From IMG/VR virus record IMGVR_UViG_2706796033_000001, positions 12,272 to 76,271 of that record: a DNA stretch of 64,000 nt; one strand, 5' to 3'. Positions within the stretch are counted from its first letter, which is position 1. Each line of letters begins with the position of its first letter. Below, piece by piece: positions 1 to 9,881 of this stretch. The notes under the pieces were generated by a model. The model was not told where the DNA came from. It worked only from the letters and a program-made list of their open reading frames with translations, and made no database searches. The stretch comes from a virus (Duplodnaviria; Caudoviricetes). Both the position numbers and the translations under genes were made by a program.

Positions 1-3000
1 GGTGGCCGTGGCCTGCTTGACCTACTTAGTGATGGCACTAAGCGTCTAGCGGATTTCCTTAAGAGCGCTGAGGGGCAGCAGAAGCTTAAGGATATCTTCT
101 ACGAGGCGCGTGCTGAGTTTCAGAAGTGGCGTCCGACGTTGGAGCAGATTCCCGGCATTCTTAAGAATGTGCAGGATGCGGCTCAGCGGTGGGCCAATAT
201 GCTGTTGCCGTTCCTGAATACGGCGGCGACGTTGCTTAAGGAACATCCTGGCCTAATCCAGACGATCCTGTTTGCGTGGCTTGGGTGGCGCACGATTCAG
301 CCGATTCTGACGGGCATTAGGAGCGGGCTGGACCTGATGCGGGGCGGCTTGGACCTGGTTTCCAAGGCGTTCGGTAATGGCGATGGTGGCGTTAACGGTA
401 AGGCGTCGAAGTTTAGTGGCCTTATGGCGGTGGGTGGTCCTATCGCACTGGGTGTGAGTGCTGTGGCTTCGGTCCTGATGTACGAGTATGTGAATGCTCA
501 GCAGGAGGCCGCTGAGTCGACTGCTTACCACGCGGATATGGTCGCTCGGCTTCGTAATGAAATGGATGCGCTGTCTGGGTCGCTGACGCAGCAGGGCTTG
601 ACTGAGAAGCTGGGCCGGGCTGGCGGTTTCGTTGATCCTAACGAGACGGACGCTAAGCCGCGTGACTTGCCGGGGTTGGCTCAGAGTGAGTTCAACATTA
701 ACCGGGAGCTGTTTGGTCAGGCGTTGACGCCGACGAATCAGGCGGCGCGTGATCAGGTTATCGGAACGACGCGTAAGGCGATCCTTGACGAGCTGAACTC
801 TAAGCCTTTGGCTGAGTTCGTCGGTGAGGATGATGCGAATTTCCTTGATCTGCTGAATAAGCAGCGTAAGCCGGAAGATCAGATCACGACTGATGTTCTA
901 GCTCGGGCGCTTACTGGTGATGCTCAGGCTCGGGAGTTGTTTGAGAAGTCTGGTGCGTCGTTCTCATTGAGCGATCTGCTTTACGGCTACAACAGTCCGT
1001 TGTCGTGGCTGCCGGGTTCGCGGAACGATGACACGCCGGGTCTGTCTCAGCGTGCTCGTGCGGGTGCGAATATCAGCCGGTTCGTGATGGACGACACTAA
1101 CCATGCGTTGCAGGTTGGGTCGGAGATTCGGTCGAACAATGAGGCTGTTACTGGTCGGGCGCAGTTCAAGCAGGGTGCTCCTAACCCGTTCGCGGGTCTT
1201 GGTAGCCCTAGTGCGTATTACGAGCCTGGTGGGCAGGGCGCGGCTGGTATCCGCGTTGATATGCCGTTTAGCGAGATTAAGCGGAACCATCCAGACCTGG
1301 TTGAGAACATTCGTAAGAATGGTGGCCGGTTCGAGGAGTTGGCTGACGGCACGGTGATCCATCTTGACGCTGACCGGGCGGGGTTGTACTTGCAGCCTGC
1401 GCCTACGGCGGCTACTGGTGGGCTGTTTAGTGGGCCGGGGACGGGTCGTAGCGATTCGATTCTGGCTCGGGTGTCTAACGGTGAGTTCATTACGCGCGCC
1501 GATGCTGTGGCTAAGTATGGGCAGGACTTCTTTCACGCTCTGAATAAGGGCGAGGTTGATCCTGCTCTGCTGCCTGGTTTCGACGGTGGCGGCATGATCT
1601 TCGCTGGTCCTTATGACCCACCACCGGCTCCTAAGCCGGACTTCGCGGGTGTGACGGCTAGTGGTGCTGCCGCGTTGCCGCCGCCGGTTGTTCGGGGGTT
1701 GCCGGATACGGGTGTGTCGGTGCCGTTGACGCCGGGGGCGCAGAGCGCTAAGGATGCTGCGGATAACTTCGGGACGCCTAAGCGGCTGCCGGATTCTGGT
1801 CTGACTCTGCCGGTGCGTAAGCCGCAGTTGAGGCCGGGGATTTCGCAGTGGTTCGGTGGCTTGTTTGGTTCAGATAAGCCTGCTGCTCCGGTGCGGGAAG
1901 CACCGCCGGGTGCGAGTGCTGATTTTGTTGATCGCATGTTCGGGCTGGCTACGGCTGGCGCGGCCATTCCAATGTCTGATCCGGCTAACCCGACGTTGTA
2001 TGACCCTGCGACGGGCAAGTTTGCTGGTCCAGCGCCAGCTCCGCGTTTCCCGCAGAAGCCAGCGACTCCGCTTAAGGCGGGGCGGGATGGTGACAAGGGT
2101 GAGGCGAGCGGGCCTAATGTGCCGCCGACTGACCCGCGTTCGCCGGGGTACGCACAGCCGAATCACGCGCTTGTGGCTACTCATGGTGGCGGTGGGTCGC
2201 CTGGGCCGGGTAATGGCATCCCTCATTTGACGGGTGCTGCGCCGGGGCCGGGGTTGACGCCTACGGTGGCTGGTCTGCCGGGTCTGGGGCTTACGCCTCA
2301 GCCGGGTATGCCGGGCAGTGTTCCGAATCCTGGTTTGACGCCGAGTGCTAATGATCCGCTGGGCTTGTCTGGTTTGCCGGACGAGTTGCAGCCGGTGAGC
2401 ATTTTCGAGCAGATCGGGGAGATTCTGCTTAGCGCGGTGTTGGGGTTCTTCGGTATTGATCCGACGTACTTCGGTATCGGTAAGCGAATCTTTACGGGCC
2501 TGACGGGCAAGGATAAGGACGACCGGGGTAAGCCTAAGGACGCTGATCCTCAGGTGCAGCAGATTATCGACGGCTATCCAACTGATCTGGGAACGCAGTA
2601 CCCATTCGTGGGGGCGCTGAATGGTACGGGTTCTCCGGCTGCGCAGCGTGCGGCGAACATGGCTGAGGTTATGGCCGGTAAGCCTTACGTGTGGGGCGGT
2701 TCGGGCCTTGACGGTACGGACTGTTCAGGTCTGGTGATGTACGTCGCTGATGCGCTTAACGGTAAGCCGTTCTCGGGCCGCACTGGTGGCACTGGCGGGT
2801 TTGCGCAGTCGATTCCGGCTAAGGGTGGCGTGATCATTAGTGATCCGTCGCAAGCGCCGCCGGGTACGTACCGGATTGGTTGGAATGCTTCGCATACGGC
2901 GGCAACGCTGCCTGATGGCCGGAACATCGAGTCGAGCACGTACGGTAAGCCGATTGCGGTTGGGTCGGGAGCTTCGGGTTACAACGATCCGCAGTTCACG

Positions 3001-3930
3001 AACTGGGCGTACTTCCCGCTGCCTAGCTATGCGAGTGGAGGGTTCCTGAGCGGTGCTGGTACGGGCCGTTCGGATTCGATGCTGGCGCGTGTCAGTAACG
3101 GTGAGTTCATCACGCGTGCGGATTCGGTGGCTAAGTACGGTCGCGGCTTCATGGAGGCGCTTAACGCGGGGCGGGTTGATCCGTCTGCGCTGCCTGGCTT
3201 CGCGCCGGGTGGTATGCCGCTGCCTCCTCCGACGCCGTTGCCGACTCCACCGGCTGCGGAGCCGCCACCTGTTGCGACGGCTGAGCCGAATGGTGCGCCG
3301 CCGCCTAGTGATCCGGCTGCGCTTGCGCCGCCGCCTGCTGAGGCCATTCCTACGGAAACGGCGGAACAGGCGCTTGGCGGGCTTGGTAGCGCGCTGTCTG
3401 GTACGGGTGCGGGGTCGAGTGGGCAGATGCCGGGGGCGGCTGCACCTGAGGGTGCGACTCCTGGTGTTGATCCTCGCTCTGTCGCTGGTCGTGCGCCGAC
3501 GAACCTTGACCACAACAATCCAGCTCTTACCAAGGGTATTCAGTCTGGGTTTACGCATGTGGGCAGCCTGATTGCCACGGCGGCGTCTATGGGCGCTGGC
3601 GCGGCTGGTGCTGCGGGCGCTCCTGGGGCTGGTGCTGCGGGGGGCGCGGCTGGTGCTGGTATTCAGGCGGGCGCGCAGATTGCGGGGCAGGTCGCTAGCG
3701 GCGCTGTCAACATTCTGTCGAGCTTGCTGGTGGGCACGCTATCTGGTGGTTCGTCACCTAACGCGTATGGCGCTCCGGTGCTGCCACAGCAGCCGCAGGG
3801 TAGCGGTCTGGGTGGTCCGGCTGTGGTTAACAACTACGGCGATATCCACACGGCTTCTTATGACCAGTTCTATCAGGGTCAGCAGAGGCGTGAAGCTCAG
3901 ACGCAGGTTCCATTCCTGCCGATGAAGTAA
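1..3930 (+). CDS. Tape measure protein, C-terminal part (5' end outside window), with NlpC/P60-like peptidoglycan hydrolase motif
   Basis: Frame is open from base 1. Long Ala/Gly-rich ORF upstream of minor tail genes. Contains GKPYVWGG..DCSGLV..H motif and two copies of GG..SG.GTGRSDS.LARVSNGEFITRAD.VAKYG. Confidence 0.9.
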   Translation, partial: GGRGLLDLLSDGTKRLADFLKSAEGQQKLKDIFYEARAEFQKWRPTLEQIPGILKNVQDAAQRWANMLLPFLNTAATLLKEHPGLIQTILFAWLGWRTIQPILTGIRSGLDLMRGGLDLVSKAFGNGDGGVNGKASKFSGLMAVGGPIALGVSAVASVLMYEYVNAQQEAAESTAYHADMVARLRNEMDALSGSLTQQGLTEKLGRAGGFVDPNETDAKPRDLPGLAQSEFNINRELFGQALTPTNQAARDQVIGTTRKAILDELNSKPLAEFVGEDDANFLDLLNKQRKPEDQITTDVLARALTGDAQARELFEKSGASFSLSDLLYGYNSPLSWLPGSRNDDTPGLSQRARAGANISRFVMDDTNHALQVGSEIRSNNEAVTGRAQFKQGAPNPFAGLGSPSAYYEPGGQGAAGIRVDMPFSEIKRNHPDLVENIRKNGGRFEELADGTVIHLDADRAGLYLQPAPTAATGGLFSGPGTGRSDSILARVSNGEFITRADAVAKYGQDFFHALNKGEVDPALLPGFDGGGMIFAGPYDPPPAPKPDFAGVTASGAAALPPPVVRGLPDTGVSVPLTPGAQSAKDAADNFGTPKRLPDSGLTLPVRKPQLRPGISQWFGGLFGSDKPAAPVREAPPGASADFVDRMFGLATAGAAIPMSDPANPTLYDPATGKFAGPAPAPRFPQKPATPLKAGRDGDKGEASGPNVPPTDPRSPGYAQPNHALVATHGGGGSPGPGNGIPHLTGAAPGPGLTPTVAGLPGLGLTPQPGMPGSVPNPGLTPSANDPLGLSGLPDELQPVSIFEQIGEILLSAVLGFFGIDPTYFGIGKRIFTGLTGKDKDDRGKPKDADPQVQQIIDGYPTDLGTQYPFVGALNGTGSPAAQRAANMAEVMAGKPYVWGGSGLDGTDCSGLVMYVADALNGKPFSGRTGGTGGFAQSIPAKGGVIISDPSQAPPGTYRIGWNASHTAATLPDGRNIESSTYGKPIAVGSGASGYNDPQFTNWAYFPLPSYASGGFLSGAGTGRSDSMLARVSNGEFITRADSVAKYGRGFMEALNAGRVDPSALPGFAPGGMPLPPPTPLPTPPAAEPPPVATAEPNGAPPPSDPAALAPPPAEAIPTETAEQALGGLGSALSGTGAGSSGQMPGAAAPEGATPGVDPRSVAGRAPTNLDHNNPALTKGIQSGFTHVGSLIATAASMGAGAAGAAGAPGAGAAGGAAGAGIQAGAQIAGQVASGAVNILSSLLVGTLSGGSSPNAYGAPVLPQQPQGSGLGGPAVVNNYGDIHTASYDQFYQGQQRREAQTQVPFLPMK

Positions 3931-3948
3931 ACACTCTAAGGACGGGTT

Positions 3949-3997
3949 AGCCCCGCTCGAATGCCGGTATTACTCCGGTGGCCGGGCGGGGCTTTCC
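3949..3997 (+). terminator. Possible terminator hairpin after tape measure
   Basis: AGCCCCGCTCG...CGGGCGGGGCT stem with a short T tail. Confidence 0.35.
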
Positions 3998-4018
3998 CGT
4001 TAGAAAGACAACTGAATA

Positions 4019-4933
4019 GTGAGCGATTACGTCAAGATTACTTTGACGGGTCGGGATGGTTCTACCTGGTGCTTGTCTGGCGCTGGCGCGGGTCGAGAAG
4101 GTGTCACCCTTTCCCCGAATGTCCAGAATCTTATTGATGCGCCGGTTAAGACCTTGTGGACGCCCGGCCCCTTCGGAGAGCAGTACGCCGGTAAGCGGGT
4201 TCGTCGGCGCGAGGTCATTTTCTCTGTCCAGGTTGGGCATGAGGGCTTTGATCCTGATACGTGGGCCACGGTCGATTCCCGTTGGCGTTGGGCCTGGGAT
4301 TACGACCAGGAATGCACGCTAACTGTCGAGACTAGCGATGGCATCCGGAACCTTAAGCTCCGGCTGCTAGAGGAACCTAAGGCGTACGGGGCTAAAGACC
4401 CGTTCCTTACGGGCGACTGCGAAGTGATGATGACGACGGTCGCTGAGTTCCCGTATTGGGTTAGTGAGCCGGACGTTTTCATCTGGAAAACGCCGAACCT
4501 TGCGGACCGCACGACGGTGTTCGTTGCCAATAACGGCGATGTGCCGGTGTGGCTGCGGTGGACGTTCACTGCGCCTGGCACGTGGACGATTCCTGATTTT
4601 TCGTGGGACAACGACATGTTTGCGCGCGGCGAAATGGACCGTGGGCGAACGTTGGTGCTGCCTGAGCTTAAGCAGGGTGAGCACATCACGGTCGATTCGG
4701 ACCCGCGTGTCCAGACGATTGTTTCCGCTAACGATTCGCCTGTTCAGCACAGGTGGAAGGGCAATGACCTTCTGTATCCGCTGATGCCGGGTAAGAGCGG
4801 TGAGATTCCGGTGGGGTTCAGGGTGAACTCGACTGCGCCGGGGTCGGAGAACGGTGGCGCTTTCAAGCTAACGGTTCCTAAGTGGTATTCGCGTCCGTGG
4901 TCGCGTCCGCATGTGATTCGGACGGTGTACTAA
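4019..4933 (+). CDS. Minor tail protein (distal tail, Dit-like)
   Basis: First gene after tape measure. Actinophage minor-tail pattern (ITLTGRDGSTW.L, N.GDVPVW.RW). Confidence 0.8.
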   Translation: MSDYVKITLTGRDGSTWCLSGAGAGREGVTLSPNVQNLIDAPVKTLWTPGPFGEQYAGKRVRRREVIFSVQVGHEGFDPDTWATVDSRWRWAWDYDQECTLTVETSDGIRNLKLRLLEEPKAYGAKDPFLTGDCEVMMTTVAEFPYWVSEPDVFIWKTPNLADRTTVFVANNGDVPVWLRWTFTAPGTWTIPDFSWDNDMFARGEMDRGRTLVLPELKQGEHITVDSDPRVQTIVSANDSPVQHRWKGNDLLYPLMPGKSGEIPVGFRVNSTAPGSENGGAFKLTVPKWYSRPWSRPHVIRTVY

Positions 4934-6667
4934 ATGTGGCAGGACAGTGACCTTTGGGAAATTGACAAGTCTTGCGATTACTACCGTGGTCGGCACGAGT
5001 CGATGCGGAAGGCGCACCCGCTAATCCGTATTTGGATTAACGATCCAGAGAATAGTCATGGCGCTGTCTGTGTCGGGCGGATCGACTTTACGGACACCAT
5101 TAAGGGTTCGTTCCCATTTAAGAACAACACGGCTACGCAGGGCGTGTTGCAGATTCGAGACGATCATTACATCGCTCTGTTCCTTAAGCGGTTGCCGCAG
5201 GATGAGCGTTATCAGAAGAACGTAATGATCACGGTGGACTTCTATGGCGGCGCTAAGCGTTGGTCGGGGTTGCTGGATAAGTGGAACATTAAGACCACTG
5301 AGGACGGCGCAAAGTATTTTGAGATGACGTTTCAGGACGATCTCACTTACTTGCAGTACCTTTTGTGCCCGCCGAATCCGTTCCTGCCGATCCCGGTATT
5401 CCAGTTCCCACGCATGTTTATGCTGGCTGGCCCTAGTAAGTGGGCTATTTCGATGCTCATTCTGCTTAACCTGCTTAGGGTTGAGGGCAACCTTTGGGAG
5501 CTGCCGGACGACCCGTTTGATCCTGAGGAGTGGGACCAGATTTTAGATTGGTCCGACTGGCAGGTTCACATTAAGGGTTCGCCGTGGCTGGTTGACGATT
5601 CGTCAATGTGGACGTTCCTGTCCGCGCGTATGAATCCGGTGGACGCGGTTATCGCTGATGCGCTGGATGACTGCCAGCTCACGATGACGTACCGCCGGAT
5701 TCTGACCGATGACGGCGAGGTCGCGGATGGCCTGATGGGCATTGCGGACGGCACTCGCGTTAAGAACGGCGCGCTGGTGTTTGAGGTTGTCGATAACTCT
5801 AACGCGCACGCTTTCGACGGCACGTTCCTGTCGGGGACGGTCATTGATGGTTTTGCGCGGTCGCTGATCACGTATGGCGGCGGCTTTGTTGAGGATGTGT
5901 TTAACCAGGTCGGGGAGGACTCGACACTGCATCCGGACGAGTATTACCAGTCTGGGTGGTTGGGCACTATCGCTAAGCAGCCGTGGTTGGTTATCCGTGA
6001 TAGTGAGTGGACGCCGATTACGTCGTCTGACATGTCGTGGGGTCCGTCTAAGAATGTTTCCGTTGTCGTGGGTGGTGATAACCCGGCGGCGGACGCCATT
6101 GCAAAGCTAGTTATTGAGACTACTGGCGCGCTTATCGGATATTTCCTGCTAGCTGGTTTCTCCGGCTTGGGCAGTATCGCGGCTGATGTGATTATGCCGT
6201 TCCTGGTGGGGACCATCGCGGCTTGGCTGCAATGGAAGAACACTGGGCGGGCTAACGCGCTCGGCTGGATGCACTACTGGGAGCTGTATCAGGCCGGTGC
6301 CGAGAATAACTCTTGGTCTCTGGCTGCGCTTAGCGCGCTTCGTGGCGGGTTCCTGGTGGGTAAGTCGGAGACGACGCATCTTGTGGCGCTGCACGATTCC
6401 TGGGCTATCCCTGGCCTGCATTTCGATATCGGTCACCGGATCGGTACGACGGTGGATTCGCCGGGTGTGCAGGACATTGTTTGGGTCAACCAGGTCGAGG
6501 AAATGGTTGCGGAGTGGGATAACTCCGGCGACGGGCAGCCGTACGCGTGGGTCATTAAGGCTGGTAAGTCGCAGCGGAACATGAGTGTCGGTGAGCGATT
6601 GGCTCGGCTTTCAAAGAAGTTCCTAGATGCAATTAACAACGTTGGCGTTCACCTTGTTCAGGGTTAA
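4934..6667 (+). CDS. Minor tail protein (baseplate hub-like)
   Basis: 577 aa, contains LCPPNPFLP..FQFPR motif typical of the second mycobacteriophage minor tail gene. Confidence 0.8.
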   Translation: MWQDSDLWEIDKSCDYYRGRHESMRKAHPLIRIWINDPENSHGAVCVGRIDFTDTIKGSFPFKNNTATQGVLQIRDDHYIALFLKRLPQDERYQKNVMITVDFYGGAKRWSGLLDKWNIKTTEDGAKYFEMTFQDDLTYLQYLLCPPNPFLPIPVFQFPRMFMLAGPSKWAISMLILLNLLRVEGNLWELPDDPFDPEEWDQILDWSDWQVHIKGSPWLVDDSSMWTFLSARMNPVDAVIADALDDCQLTMTYRRILTDDGEVADGLMGIADGTRVKNGALVFEVVDNSNAHAFDGTFLSGTVIDGFARSLITYGGGFVEDVFNQVGEDSTLHPDEYYQSGWLGTIAKQPWLVIRDSEWTPITSSDMSWGPSKNVSVVVGGDNPAADAIAKLVIETTGALIGYFLLAGFSGLGSIAADVIMPFLVGTIAAWLQWKNTGRANALGWMHYWELYQAGAENNSWSLAALSALRGGFLVGKSETTHLVALHDSWAIPGLHFDIGHRIGTTVDSPGVQDIVWVNQVEEMVAEWDNSGDGQPYAWVIKAGKSQRNMSVGERLARLSKKFLDAINNVGVHLVQG

Positions 6668-6691
6668 GGCCAGCTTAGGGGGAGATAAGTA

Positions 6692-7189
6692 ATGCTATCG
6701 CAGAACGAATGCGACATGGAGAATCCGGAACAGTTTGCGGCGTGGGCGTTCGCTGCGGGGGTACCTGACCCTCGCGGCGAGCGTTACCCGAATCAGCCTT
6801 TGATTCCTGCTAAGTGTTTCAAGGGCTTGTCGCAGATGCTTTGGGATTTCGGTTTCCGTTGGCATGAGGATAAGCAAACGAAGTGGGTTAGTCCTCGCAC
6901 CGGGCCGACGCGCAACTTTGAGGCGTGGGGCACTACGGATATCAAGCCTGAGGACATTATCGGTGACGTTGCTCAGATGGCGGTTGAGGAGTTCCCGCAG
7001 ATTGCGGCGAAGGTCGCGGCGGTGACTCCGGAGAAGCACCAGGAGGCGCTTGAGGACGCGGCTAAGGACTTGCTTAGCAAGATCGAGCGGCTTAATGAGG
7101 CGCGGTCGCGTATGGAGAGTCGTTTGGCTGAGCGTCAGGACCGGGAGGTAACTCCGGAAACGGAGGCGGTTGATGGCGGGTCTGCCTAG
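6692..7189 (+). CDS. Minor tail protein (DUF2744-like)
   Basis: QNECDMENPEQ..AWA and LWDFGFRWH motifs; synteny. Confidence 0.7.
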   Translation: MLSQNECDMENPEQFAAWAFAAGVPDPRGERYPNQPLIPAKCFKGLSQMLWDFGFRWHEDKQTKWVSPRTGPTRNFEAWGTTDIKPEDIIGDVAQMAVEEFPQIAAKVAAVTPEKHQEALEDAAKDLLSKIERLNEARSRMESRLAERQDREVTPETEAVDGGSA

Positions 7190-8969
7190 TGGTGAAGCGG
7201 GTCTAGACGATCCCAAGTATGTAGTTCAGAACACCGTCACTGCGCTGGCGCAGCGGACGCAGGAGAACGTGGAGGCTGAGCACCGGCAGGCGATTGAGAG
7301 CGGTGGTAATCCGCTGTCTCCGGCGTTGCAGTTTTTCTTTAACACGATCATGGGCGGGTTTCAGACGCTCGGCAATTTTCTGGAAATGATCATTGAGGCC
7401 ATTACCGGCGCGGCTGGTGGCACGTTAGCCTCGCTCGCTAACTTCATGACGGGTGTGGTTACCGACATTGGTAACGCGTTGGGCTGGCTCGCTGATCTGG
7501 TGGACGATCTGTGGAATAACGCGGCGGCGGTTATCGGGTCTATCCCGCAGACGCTTGTGTCTGGGCTACAGAGCGCGCTTAACGGCATTAACAACACGAT
7601 TCAGCAGGTCATTGAAGGCATCATTGGCGCTATTCGGGGTATCCCGCTTGTGGGCGCTGGCATTGCCGATCTGGTGTCGATCCTTACGGGTTACCGCGAG
7701 GGTGTGGAGACCGACCAGATCGTTCAGCAGAACCTAACGATTTCGTCTACGAGTTCGGTGCAGCGGCAGCCCGCGTGGGCGTCTGCTTACCCAATTTCGG
7801 CGGTGACGTATCCGGCGATCCTGCATTCCGATTTCACGGTCTATGCGGAGACGGTGGGGCCTGCTACGGCGGGCACGCAGCACACGCATGAGATTCGGGG
7901 GTCGACGGACGACGCGTACGCAATCGCGCCGTTTTGGGCTTGTGAGCAGAACGGCAGCTTGGGCGGGTTCGTCACGGCGGGCGAGGATACGGTTTTCTCA
8001 AAGTTCGGCATCGTGATCTTCGCGGACACGACTCCGGTCCCTGCTGGGACGGTCTATTTCGAGGTTTACCGCGAGCAGCCTGACGGCAGTTTGGACCGGT
8101 TGACGCAGGCGGATATCTCGTCTCATATCACCGGCTCGAGTCAGCTTTTGGTGTTGCAGTGGACGGACTTTCGGATCGTGGCGCGTCGGGGTGAGCGTTA
8201 CCTACTGCGGATTAAGAACACGTCGAGTCCTAACGTTGTGCCGCGTTTGCGTGGTCTTGCGTGGGGCACTGGTGTTCCGGAGATTCAGTGGGAGACGACT
8301 ACCGCTGCCGATACGAATAAGACTTCGTACACGGCTGCGGAATCGGCTGCGATTATCTCTACGTCGGGCATCACGCCGTGGCTGATGTTGGCGGCTGAGG
8401 AAACCGATATCCCTGAGGCTCGGACGTGGGCAGACGACTTTAACCGGCCTGAGCTGGGTTACCTGTGGAATCACAACACGTCGGATAACGGCGATCTGGT
8501 CATTACCGCTAACAAGTTGTCTTACGGCGGGACGACTAACGGTTTCCAGCAGGCTTTGTATATCCATCCTTTGGCGACGGATAAGTTCAAGCTGACCGCT
8601 GAGGTTTCTAGCCTTGCGGGTACGGGCCAGGTGTATTTCATGTGTGCGTCGGGCCGTAACAACAATGTGGCTGCGGTTCTGGCGGTTGGCGCTACTGGCG
8701 TGTCAATTCAGACGTTGATCGGTACAACGGTAACGGTTCGTGCGCAGGTTCTTCGGACGAACAACGCAGGCAAGTACACGTTTACCTATGATCCAGCGTC
8801 GAAGGTCTACAACGTTCTACTTAACGATCAACCTATTGGGTTGTCGTGGACGGATAGCGCCAACTTGCTAAGCAAGGGCGTCCAGTTCCGTTATTTCCAG
8901 ATTCAGATTCAGCGCGTTAGTGGCGTTAATGGGGGGCAGGTAGACAATTGGGTGATTCAGGACAACTAA
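7170..8969 (+). CDS. Minor tail protein
   Basis: 599 aa, amphipathic N-terminus, C-terminal DDFNR lectin-like region. Confidence 0.75.
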   Translation: MMAGLPSGEAGLDDPKYVVQNTVTALAQRTQENVEAEHRQAIESGGNPLSPALQFFFNTIMGGFQTLGNFLEMIIEAITGAAGGTLASLANFMTGVVTDIGNALGWLADLVDDLWNNAAAVIGSIPQTLVSGLQSALNGINNTIQQVIEGIIGAIRGIPLVGAGIADLVSILTGYREGVETDQIVQQNLTISSTSSVQRQPAWASAYPISAVTYPAILHSDFTVYAETVGPATAGTQHTHEIRGSTDDAYAIAPFWACEQNGSLGGFVTAGEDTVFSKFGIVIFADTTPVPAGTVYFEVYREQPDGSLDRLTQADISSHITGSSQLLVLQWTDFRIVARRGERYLLRIKNTSSPNVVPRLRGLAWGTGVPEIQWETTTAADTNKTSYTAAESAAIISTSGITPWLMLAAEETDIPEARTWADDFNRPELGYLWNHNTSDNGDLVITANKLSYGGTTNGFQQALYIHPLATDKFKLTAEVSSLAGTGQVYFMCASGRNNNVAAVLAVGATGVSIQTLIGTTVTVRAQVLRTNNAGKYTFTYDPASKVYNVLLNDQPIGLSWTDSANLLSKGVQFRYFQIQIQRVSGVNGGQVDNWVIQDN

Positions 8970-8974
8970 GCAGG

Positions 8975-9145
8975 ATGGGTGTTTACGTGCCTGATAAGGG
9001 CACGCGGGCGGTCCCTGACAATGTTCGGCAGAAGCCGTCTGTTAAGAAGCCGGTCTTGTCTGCGAGTGCAGAGGTTCGTGCGCAGATTGCCGAGGCCACC
9101 CTTAAGCGCGCTAGGGCCGAGAAAGGGGGGCTAAGTGTCGCTTAA
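8975..9145 (+). CDS. Hypothetical protein
   Basis: ATG after the previous stop; overlaps the next start. Confidence 0.45.
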   Translation: MGVYVPDKGTRAVPDNVRQKPSVKKPVLSASAEVRAQIAEATLKRARAEKGGLSVA

Positions 9146-9410
9146 GAAGTTCACGCAAGACCCAGATGAAGTTTTGGACTACACGATTGATTGGTCGGAG
9201 TGGCTGGCTGAGGGTGACACGATCACCGAAGTTACGGCTACTCCGGCTTCTGGGATCACGGTTGATTCCACGTCTTTCACGGTTAGTTCTACGACGATTT
9301 GGGTTTCTGGTGGCGCTGCTGGGCAGCGGTACGACATTAGCGTGCATGTGGTTACTAATGGCGGTCGTGAGGGTGACCGGTCGATCACGATTGAGATTAA
9401 GGAGAAGTAG
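9135..9410 (+). CDS. Small virion/tail protein
   Basis: DPDEVLDYTIDWSEWL motif, in tail region. Confidence 0.65.
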   Translation: MSLKKFTQDPDEVLDYTIDWSEWLAEGDTITEVTATPASGITVDSTSFTVSSTTIWVSGGAAGQRYDISVHVVTNGGREGDRSITIEIKEK

Positions 9411-9494
9411 TGACGAACCCGGTTTTTACTCTGGTGGCTTATGCCACTGCGGAGGTCACTCCGGCTAATACACAACTAAATATGGAGGACGGTA

Positions 9495-9881
9495 ATGACG
9501 GTCGGGATTCACACGGTCAACCTGGCGAATAAGTGGCTTGGCATCCTGCGGGGTACGGCTTTCACTGCGCCTACTGGCATTTATATTCAGCTTCATAAGG
9601 GCGATCCTGGCGGGGCTGGCACGGCCAACCTTTCAGCGGTAACGACACGGGCGCTTGCGACTTTCGCGGCTCCGGCTTCTGGCGCTATCGCGCTTACGGG
9701 CACTAACCCGTCGTGGACGATGACGGCCACTGAGACGATTACGCATATCAGCGTGTGGGACGCGTCGACCAGCGGAAACTTTCTGTGGTCGGCGGTGCTG
9801 GCTGCGTCTAAGAACGTGCAGTCGGGTGACACGTTGACGCTTACTACGTGCGGGCTGTCGCTGGGCGCTTTGGCGGCTTAA
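9495..9881 (+). CDS. Minor tail protein
   Basis: GGAGG RBS; YIQLH.GDPG and ETITHISVWDA.TSGNFL motifs. Confidence 0.7.
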   Translation: MTVGIHTVNLANKWLGILRGTAFTAPTGIYIQLHKGDPGGAGTANLSAVTTRALATFAAPASGAIALTGTNPSWTMTATETITHISVWDASTSGNFLWSAVLAASKNVQSGDTLTLTTCGLSLGALAA

